A stretch of 32,000 nucleotides of DNA from an uncultured Pelagibacteraceae bacterium (GTDB taxonomy: Bacteria > Pseudomonadota > Alphaproteobacteria > Pelagibacterales > Pelagibacteraceae): NCBI GenBank assembly GCA_902541285.1, contig CACBQD010000006.1, forward strand, positions 1 through 32,000, read 5' to 3'. Positions 25,896-32,000 of this stretch are shown here, one piece after another; positions within the stretch are counted from its first letter, which is position 1; each line of letters opens with the position of its first letter. A program made the translations under genes and the position numbers. Below the pieces are notes generated by a model, which did not search any database, was not told where the DNA came from, and saw only the letters and a program-made list of their open reading frames with translations.

Positions 25896-26855
25896 ATGAT
25901 CTTGTCAAAAACACCTTTAAGAATGAGTTTTGTAGGTGGGGGTACTGACTATTTTACTAATTTTGAAGCTGACGGAAAAGTTATAGTTAGTTCAATCAAT
26001 AAATATCTTTATGTATTATTAAATAAAAAGCATGATCAAAATTTAAGGGTATCATACTCAGAAACTGAAAATGTATCTAACATAAATTTATTGAGACATG
26101 AATTAATAAGAGAAACACTTAAACATTTTAAATTAAATAAAGGCATAGAAGTAGTAACATCTGCAGATATTCCATCATCTGGTAGTGGTCTTGGATCATC
26201 AAGTGCACTGACCGTTGGTTTAGCAAATGCTGTAGGTAAATTTAAAAGCAAGAATTTTTCAAAATTAGAATTAGCGAAAATTGCATGTAAAATTGAAGTA
26301 GAAAAATGTAATAAGCCAATCGGTATGCAAGATCAATACTCCACTGCGTTTGGTGGCTTTAACAAAATAGAGTTTAAAAAAAAAGGTGTGATTGTAAAAA
26401 AACTGAGATTATCAAAAAATAGATTAAAATATTTTAAAAATAATATCATGATGTTTTATACAGGTATAAATAGAAGAGCAGACAAGATTTTGTTAAAAAT
26501 TAGGAGAAATAAAAAACAGTTTAAACATTTTTATAAATTAATAAATTTAGTAGACAATTTTGAAAAAGAACTTATTTCTGGCGAAATTAATAATTTAGGA
26601 AAAATACTAGATGAAAATTGGGCAATTAAAAAAGACCTTTCTAATAAAGTCTCAAATTTAAAGATTAATGAAATTTATGACACTGCAATAAAAGCTGGTG
26701 CAACAGGTGGTAAATTACTTGGTGCAGGTGGAGGAGGTTATTTTTTATTTTTTGTAGAAAAAAATAATCAAAGAAAAGTTAAAAAAAGCCTAGAAAAACT
26801 AGAACAAATTAATTTTGATTTTGAGGATTTTGGATCAAGAAGTTTTATTATCTAA
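25896..26855 (+). CDS. hddA: GHMP-family D-glycero-alpha-D-manno-heptose-7-phosphate kinase
   Basis: 319 aa. It has SKTPLRMSFVGGGTDY (an HddA-type N-terminus), the GHMP motif PSSGSGLGSSSALTV and C-terminal GGKLLGAGGGGYFLFF. It is adjacent to gmhA. Confidence 0.75.
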   Translation: MILSKTPLRMSFVGGGTDYFTNFEADGKVIVSSINKYLYVLLNKKHDQNLRVSYSETENVSNINLLRHELIRETLKHFKLNKGIEVVTSADIPSSGSGLGSSSALTVGLANAVGKFKSKNFSKLELAKIACKIEVEKCNKPIGMQDQYSTAFGGFNKIEFKKKGVIVKKLRLSKNRLKYFKNNIMMFYTGINRRADKILLKIRRNKKQFKHFYKLINLVDNFEKELISGEINNLGKILDENWAIKKDLSNKVSNLKINEIYDTAIKAGATGGKLLGAGGGGYFLFFVEKNNQRKVKKSLEKLEQINFDFEDFGSRSFII

Positions 26856-27542
26856 TCTTATTCTAATAAGATTAAATAAGGATCTTATTATAATTGGAAT
26901 TATTTTATTTGTAGGTATTCCTCTTGAGTTCCTATTTTTTTTTTCTTTATATTTAATTGGAAGTTGTAAAATATTAAATTTATTTTTTACAAAATATAAA
27001 AAAATTTGAGAAGTTATTAGATTTTTATCAAAATTATAGTTTTTTAAAATTTTAAGTAGTTTTGACCTATTAAAAATTTTAAATCCACAATCGTAATCTT
27101 TAAAATTTAAAAAAAAAATAGAATTAATTATAATTGTATAAAATAATGTTAAAATCCTTCTCAGCAATTTATCCTCCCTATCAATTCTATAACAAGCCAA
27201 TAAATCTAAATTTTTTTTTTCATAATATTTATAAAATTTTATAAAATTTTTATAATCATATTTTCCACCAGTATCAGAAAAAAATATTACATCTCCTTCA
27301 GACAATTCTACCCCTTTTCTGAAAGCATTATAATAACCCATTCTATCTCTTTTATTAAATAATCTTATATCCTTTTTGATCAATTTATTTAGTATTTCAT
27401 ATGTTCCATCACTACTACCGTCCTGGACTATTATTAATCTAAAGTTTATTTTTTTTTTTAATTTTAAAATATCAGAGATTTCTTTTTTTATAGTTTTTGC
27501 TTCATTATTTACCAGAATAAGAAAAGAAATTTTTTTTTTCAT
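26835..27542 (-). CDS. GT2-family glycosyltransferase (soluble GT-A)
   Basis: 235 aa with ISFLILVNNEAKTI, LIIVQDGSSDGT and VIFFSDTGGKYD. It has no C-terminal TM helices. Confidence 0.7.
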   Translation of the reverse strand: MKKKISFLILVNNEAKTIKKEISDILKLKKKINFRLIIVQDGSSDGTYEILNKLIKKDIRLFNKRDRMGYYNAFRKGVELSEGDVIFFSDTGGKYDYKNFIKFYKYYEKKNLDLLACYRIDREDKLLRRILTLFYTIIINSIFFLNFKDYDCGFKIFNRSKLLKILKNYNFDKNLITSQIFLYFVKNKFNILQLPIKYKEKKNRNSRGIPTNKIIPIIIRSLFNLIRIRLDNKTS

Positions 27543-27565
27543 AAATAACTTATTAAAAAATATTT

Positions 27566-28294
27566 TTAAGTTTTATTTTCTAGCCAAGATTGAGCTTTTC
27601 TATTTTCTTTATTTATAAAAAAACAGAACAAGTTTTTTTCTTTATAAAAAATCTTAAAATATAGCTTTGCAAAAACTTCAAAAATTGATAAGACTATTTT
27701 TTTATAACCTAGTTTTCTTACAGTTTTATAACCTTCGAAATCAATATCATAAAAATATTGTATTTTATGTTTATATTGTGGTTCATAACTTGAAATCAAT
27801 TTATATATCTCTCTTTCAGTCCACCTATAAACAAAGTTGGGTATATTTGTATTATCTACACCCCCTTTGTCATATGAATGATCTTTATTTATTACAGCAG
27901 ACAATTCATATTCTTGAGATATATTTAGATAATTAGCTAATTTTATGAAATAACTGTCATTACCTTCAATTACAATTATACCTTTTTTTGAAACTCTATA
28001 CATTTCTAAGACGGCTTGGTGAGGTCTTGATGTATGATGAATGCATGCATTTGCCACCACATAATCAAAACTATTATTTTCTAACTTTAAATTTCTCATA
28101 TCTTGTAATGAATGTTTGTGAGGCATGTAATTTGACTTTTCATCTAGGTTACCAATAGTCACATTTAAAAATTTATTTTCTTTAAAAATATTTGAATCAT
28201 ATTCAGTAGCACCGACAACTAGAATTTTAGAAGTTTTATCACTTATAACCTTATTTATGATCTTCTCGTAAAATTTTTTTCTATTTACTGACAT
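27566..28294 (-). CDS. Class I SAM-dependent methyltransferase (Methyltransf_11-like)
   Basis: 242 aa. FDYVVANACIHHTSRPHQAVLEMYRVSKKGIIVIEGN is the typical post-motif-I/II region. Motif I is degenerate (ILVVGATEYD). Confidence 0.55.
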   Translation of the reverse strand: MSVNRKKFYEKIINKVISDKTSKILVVGATEYDSNIFKENKFLNVTIGNLDEKSNYMPHKHSLQDMRNLKLENNSFDYVVANACIHHTSRPHQAVLEMYRVSKKGIIVIEGNDSYFIKLANYLNISQEYELSAVINKDHSYDKGGVDNTNIPNFVYRWTEREIYKLISSYEPQYKHKIQYFYDIDFEGYKTVRKLGYKKIVLSIFEVFAKLYFKIFYKEKNLFCFFINKENRKAQSWLENKT

Positions 28295-28392
28295 ATTGCA
28301 CTTTTCTTTAATTAACTGATAAAATAATTATAAATTCAATATACATATTTAAGAAATCAATATACATATTTAAGAAATAAAGTCATAAATTT
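28295..28392. promoter_or_regulatory. Divergent intergenic region, probable bidirectional promoter/operator
   Basis: At 98 bp this is the longest non-coding stretch in the window. It lies between the divergent starts at 28294 (-) and 28393 (+) and contains the 21-bp tandem repeat. I could not assign a confident -35/-10. Confidence 0.3.
28336..28378. repeat. Perfect tandem direct repeat, 2 x 21 bp (TCAATATACATATTTAAGAAA) plus 1 nt
   Basis: Counted base by base. Positions 28336-28356 and 28357-28377 are identical, and 28378 (T) begins a third unit. The repeat lies in the 98-bp divergent intergenic region, ending 15 nt before the ATG at 28393 (nt 28379-28392 lie between). Confidence 0.95.
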
Positions 28393-29853
28393 ATGAGACT
28401 ATATTTAGAAAAAAATAGTAAAGTTTATAAATTAATTTTAGGATCTTTTTGCTTATCTATATTATTTTTATTTATTCCAACATTAGTAAATTATCAGGGA
28501 AATAAGATTATATATATTCTTTTTACAATTTTGTTTAACCTACTAATTTTCAATATTATATTAAGAAAAACTTCTTTTTATGAGATATTTTTTGGATTAT
28601 TAATATGGCTAGGATTTTGGTTTAAATTCAGCATTTTTGAAAGCAATATATATAGATTTCACTCAATTTTTGACGGAAGAGCATTATGTGATTTTAATCA
28701 AAATAATTTTGATCTAATTCTTGTAATTTCCAGCATTGGATGTATGGGTTTCCTTTTAAGTATCTTAGTCTCCACTTTTTTTCATAATAAAAATTTAAGC
28801 ACTTTATTAATTGATAAGTTATTAATAAAAAAAAAAACCTTTTTTTTTTTATTATTTTTAATTTTAATTTCTTATTTAATTATTATTCTTATAAATATAA
28901 ATTTTAACTTTTACCAAAAAGGACTACTTCCTAGTAATACTTTTTTTTATTTAGAAAGCATTTTTCTGCCTTATTTATATAATGTGGGTTTTGGGGCAGC
29001 ATTATGTTTTATTATTTATAATTTGCATATTCTAAATCAAAAAAATATATATATCATATTATTTTTACTATGTGCTGAAGGTTTCATTACAAATACTTCT
29101 ATGCTGAGTAGAAATATGATTTTATACACAAGTTCAATTTTTCTTGGATATTTATTAGTTTTAACAAATGAAAAAAAATCAATAAAAATAAAAAATTTTT
29201 TTTTTATATCTGTTCTTTTTTTAGTTTTAACTTTTTTATTATCAAATTTTGTAACTAATAAATTAAGATCATCAGAATATGTTATGCATGAAAATAACAG
29301 ATCAACTAATAAAGAATATAAATGTAAAATTAGTGAAAATGAGAAATTCCTACGAGCACCAGAATTATTTAATCTTCTACTTACAAGATCGATAGGTATT
29401 GAGGGTATAATTACCACTTACAGCAACAAAAAAATTTTAGGTTTCGATCTTATTAAGAAATCTCTATCTGAAACAGGATTAGAAAAACAAAGTTTTTATG
29501 AAGAAAAATTCTTAGCAAAACAGAAAAGATTTAAATCTTATAAAAATTCAAATCAGGTAATTCTTCCAGGAATATTTGGTTATTTATATTATACAGGTTC
29601 TGGTTTTTTTTTATTCTTTGGTATTTTTTTTATTTCTCTAATTTTTATTATTTATGAAAAAATAACAATAATATTCACACGAAATACATTATTTGCTTCA
29701 TTTATATCATTTGTTGTAGTGTGGCGCTTGATCAATTTTGGATATCTTGTTTCAAATACTATAAATTTTATTATTGCAATAATTGTAACTACGCTTCTCA
29801 TCTTTTTTTTACAGAAATCGATAATTTTTAATAATCATCATAAAAAACTTTAA
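28393..29853 (+). CDS. Polytopic membrane protein, unknown function
   Basis: 486-aa ORF with many hydrophobic helices and one central hydrophilic region (about residues 290-390, SEYVMHENNRSTNKEYKCK...). I recognise no family motif. Confidence 0.55.
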   Translation: MRLYLEKNSKVYKLILGSFCLSILFLFIPTLVNYQGNKIIYILFTILFNLLIFNIILRKTSFYEIFFGLLIWLGFWFKFSIFESNIYRFHSIFDGRALCDFNQNNFDLILVISSIGCMGFLLSILVSTFFHNKNLSTLLIDKLLIKKKTFFFLLFLILISYLIIILININFNFYQKGLLPSNTFFYLESIFLPYLYNVGFGAALCFIIYNLHILNQKNIYIILFLLCAEGFITNTSMLSRNMILYTSSIFLGYLLVLTNEKKSIKIKNFFFISVLFLVLTFLLSNFVTNKLRSSEYVMHENNRSTNKEYKCKISENEKFLRAPELFNLLLTRSIGIEGIITTYSNKKILGFDLIKKSLSETGLEKQSFYEEKFLAKQKRFKSYKNSNQVILPGIFGYLYYTGSGFFLFFGIFFISLIFIIYEKITIIFTRNTLFASFISFVVVWRLINFGYLVSNTINFIIAIIVTTLLIFFLQKSIIFNNHHKKL

Positions 29854-29910
29854 ATTTTGTTTAGAAATTAAAAAATTAACTTAAAATCTATTAAAATAAA
29901 AATATATGTT

Positions 29911-31236
29911 ATGATTAATAATATGCTTAAAACTAATACTTATAATAAAATTACTATAATTTCTTTTTCAATATTTATTTTTTTTTTTGATTTTTTGAGA
30001 GATTATTTTGATTTTAGATTAATTATTTTCATACCTTTATTTTTAGCCTTTGTTGAGTTTATTTATTTAAAAAAAAAAATTAATTATTATTTAATTACTA
30101 TATATTTATCTTTAATATCACTATTAATTTTACAATCATTATTTCAGGAAATTAATTTTAAAGATAAAATCTATAGTTTTAAATCTATAATTTTTTTGGG
30201 GATATCTATATTTTCAATATGGTATTTTTCAGAATCTATAATTAAAAATATAAGCTTAATATTTAATTTTTTTTTAATCTTCTTTTATCTTTATATTATT
30301 TTTTATACATTTTTTAGAATTGATATGCATTTAGAAAACCACCAGTGTTATATAGGTTGTTTTTCGGTATTAAACGACAAATTTGAGTTTTTTAAAGAGA
30401 ATTCTCATCTTGGTTTTATTTCATCAACATTGATTGCTTATATGATTACTAAGGTAAAAAAAATTAATTTTTATCTTATATCTTTGATTATATTTTATAT
30501 TTTTATTATTCTGAATTTTAGTTTAACAATTTTTTTTACAATTTTTTTTATTTTTACTTATTTTATAATTTTTTACTTTAAAAAATTTAATATTATTCAA
30601 AAATTTTTAATATTTTTAATAATCGCTTCTAGTTTTTATAGTTTAAATATTAATGATGGAGCAATCGATAGATTATACAATCTAATTAAATTTGATAATT
30701 GGAAAGTAAATAATAATTTCGAATTACTTGAAGAAAATAAAAAAAATATCAATAAAGAAAATAAATTAGAAAATGTCAGTAAAAAAAATAATGAAAATAA
30801 AAAACAAAAAAAAAATCAACAAAAAAACACACAAGTAAAAAATTTGTCTAGTGAAGTATTTATAGTTTCATTAAATATAGCAAAATTATCAATATTAGAA
30901 AAGCCCTTTGGTTATGGCCTGAATAATTATCACTTAGCTTTTAAGAAAAATATTGATGATATTTCAGTCACAAATTCAATAACTAAAAGATTAAATATTT
31001 TTGATGCATCGAATAATCTGGCTAAAATGATAACAGAACTTGGAATTTTTAGCTTATTAATTTTCTTTATAATATTAAAATTTTTGTTCTCAGAAAAAAT
31101 TCCACATGAATATAAATTCATAATTTTCCCTTCTCTTTTTACCCAAATATTTATAAGGGGGGCAGGATATTTTAATGGTGGTTTTATATTTTTTTTAGTT
31201 TTAAGTTGCTATTTACTTTACAAATATAACGATTAG
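29911..31236 (+). CDS. O-antigen ligase/polymerase-like (Wzy_C-type) polytopic membrane protein
   Basis: 441 aa with multiple helices. A large hydrophilic loop is followed by EKPFGYGLNNYHLAF, which resembles the PxxGxGxxxF/Y block seen near the C-terminal part of WaaL/Wzy-family proteins. Confidence 0.45.
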   Translation: MINNMLKTNTYNKITIISFSIFIFFFDFLRDYFDFRLIIFIPLFLAFVEFIYLKKKINYYLITIYLSLISLLILQSLFQEINFKDKIYSFKSIIFLGISIFSIWYFSESIIKNISLIFNFFLIFFYLYIIFYTFFRIDMHLENHQCYIGCFSVLNDKFEFFKENSHLGFISSTLIAYMITKVKKINFYLISLIIFYIFIILNFSLTIFFTIFFIFTYFIIFYFKKFNIIQKFLIFLIIASSFYSLNINDGAIDRLYNLIKFDNWKVNNNFELLEENKKNINKENKLENVSKKNNENKKQKKNQQKNTQVKNLSSEVFIVSLNIAKLSILEKPFGYGLNNYHLAFKKNIDDISVTNSITKRLNIFDASNNLAKMITELGIFSLLIFFIILKFLFSEKIPHEYKFIIFPSLFTQIFIRGAGYFNGGFIFFLVLSCYLLYKYND

Positions 31237-31244
31237 TTAATGAT

Positions 31245-32000
31245 ATGGTATTATATTTTTTTCAATCAATATCAATACTTTTAATAATTTTATCAATTTG
31301 CAATTTTTTAACTAGTAATTTCAAAGTTGAAAATAATACAAAGTATATTTTCTCAGTTTTAATAATTATTTGCTCATGTTTTCTGTTATTAAAGATAATA
31401 AAATTTTTGAATTTAAATTCAAATTTGATTCTTGATTATATTTTTGTATTTAAATATCTATTTTTCATTTTACTAACATTTTCACTATTAAATTTTATAT
31501 TAAATAAATATAAAATTAATAATTTAGATCTCTGGTTTATTGGCACTTATCTCGCTGTAAGTATCTTATGCTATGATAGATATTTTTTAGATGAAGATGA
31601 ATTTACATACTGGGGTTTAAGAGTAAAAGATTTTTATTATTATGTTGATACTGAAAGTTTCAAAATAAACAAATATCACGAACCTCTTTTAACATCATGG
31701 CAATTATTCTTTATATCATACGCTGAATTTAAAGAGAATATTTTAATTTTTGCTAATAATGTAATTTTAATAGCTGGTTTTTTTTATATAGCTGATAATT
31801 CATTCAAAAAATTTAAAGTTTATACAAAATTATTTCCTGTATATTTTTTTTTATTTTACTTGCTTACAAATAACTTAAGTTTTGGATTTGTTTCTATATA
31901 TGCTGATCCAATTTTAGCTATTCTATCTTCATGTATTATAAAATTAATAATTGAGAATAGTTATGATCAAAAAAGAATAGTCTTACTCATTCTTTTAATT
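31245..32000 (+). CDS. Polytopic membrane protein, 3'-truncated by the window edge (candidate GT-C-type glycosyltransferase)
   Basis: This ORF is not in the supplied track because it has no stop. By my own translation, the ATG at 31245 opens a frame that runs uninterrupted to nt 32000 (252 codons): MVLYFFQSISILLIILS...YDRYFLDEDEFTYWGL... It has hydrophobic helices and an acidic loop after the early helices. Confidence 0.5.
   Translation, partial: MVLYFFQSISILLIILSICNFLTSNFKVENNTKYIFSVLIIICSCFLLLKIIKFLNLNSNLILDYIFVFKYLFFILLTFSLLNFILNKYKINNLDLWFIGTYLAVSILCYDRYFLDEDEFTYWGLRVKDFYYYVDTESFKINKYHEPLLTSWQLFFISYAEFKENILIFANNVILIAGFFYIADNSFKKFKVYTKLFPVYFFLFYLLTNNLSFGFVSIYADPILAILSSCIIKLIIENSYDQKRIVLLILLI

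Noticed and set aside
27231-27250. A 10-bp tandem repeat, ATAAAATTTT x2.
   Set aside because: It lies inside the GT2 coding region (minus strand, FIKFYKYY segment). It is short, low in complexity and of a kind expected by chance at this composition.
28827-28850. A11-CC-T11 (AAAAAAAAAAACCTTTTTTTTTTT), which could fold as an A:U hairpin.
   Set aside because: It lies inside the 28393..29853 coding frame and encodes ...IKKKTFFFL.... It is a pure A/T stem with a 2-nt loop and is explained by Lys and Phe codon runs. There is no flanking evidence for a regulatory role.
774-31121. Twenty short ORFs (60-126 aa) in the supplied track lie antisense to, or nested in, long family-assignable genes. Their coordinates are 774..968, 4435..4644, 4963..5145, 5194..5397, 6511..6708, 6818..7141, 9132..9434, 9501..9743, 9757..10005, 13558..13746, 15858..16151, 21982..22293, 23010..23297, 25004..25219, 26036..26251, 26815..27009, 27376..27618, 27667..27936, 29037..29417 and 30930..31121.
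   Set aside because: Each is almost wholly contained in a longer ORF that has clear conserved motifs in another frame or strand. Their translations are low-complexity F/I/L/K strings with no recognisable motifs. Stop-poor antisense frames are expected in very AT-rich coding DNA.
1-32000. I searched for a methylphosphonate synthase/HepD-type cupin oxygenase and for a 2-AEP transaminase to complete a known phosphonate pathway.
   Set aside because: No ORF has the right size (about 450 aa) or a bicupin-like pattern, and I found no PLP-aminotransferase-like sequence in any frame. The absence is treated as an observation (see findings), not as a feature.
1-32000. Mobile-element or island-boundary signals (integrase, transposase, flanking tRNA, long direct or inverted repeats), CRISPR arrays and rRNA/tRNA genes.
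   Set aside because: None found by eye. There are no GC-richer structured segments, no repeat-spacer periodicity and no recombinase-like ORFs. The island character is inferred only from gene content and strand mosaicism.

Overview
This window is extremely AT-rich and tightly packed. The proteins are rich in K, N, I and F. Most intergenic spacers are 0-20 bp, and many start and stop codons overlap. The style fits a streamlined marine bacterium such as SAR11/Pelagibacterales, but that is inferred from composition and gene content only. The whole 32 kb reads as a cell-surface glycan or glycoconjugate biosynthesis island. I call 32 protein-coding genes in 13 alternating-strand blocks. By eye I found no tRNA, rRNA, CRISPR, transposase or integrase. 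The recognisable modules are as follows. (1) An acyl-processing trio: a LuxC-type acyl-CoA reductase, a FabZ-like dehydratase and a YhdH/AcuI-type enoyl reductase. (2) The CDP-hexose genes rfbG and rfbF, which bracket module 3. (3) A phosphonate (C-P bond) cassette: a PhyH-type 2OG dioxygenase, a cytidylyltransferase fused to PEP phosphomutase (exact EDKX5NS motif), phosphonopyruvate decarboxylase and an Fe-alcohol dehydrogenase. A CDP-alcohol phosphatidyltransferase-family membrane enzyme lies just downstream on the other strand. (4) An ArnC/GtrB-like polyprenyl-phosphate glycosyltransferase with membrane partners. (5) A dTDP-sugar branch: rfbB, rfbA and an inverted FdtA-like 3,4-ketoisomerase. 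(6) An MsbA/PglK-like ABC half-transporter. (7) A complete GDP-D-glycero-alpha-D-manno-heptose pathway: gmhA, hddA and an HddC-GmhB fusion, next to a UGM-like flavoenzyme and an SDR. (8) Several SDR epimerase/dehydratases, methyltransferases, GT-A glycosyltransferases and five large orphan polytopic membrane proteins. The stand-out candidate system is the phosphonate cassette. It predicts 2-hydroxyethylphosphonate, possibly hydroxylated further, activated as a CMP conjugate and transferred to a surface acceptor. It lacks both the AEP transaminase and the MpnS/HepD enzymes of the known marine pathways. All functional calls rest on motif recognition by eye, since no searches could be run.
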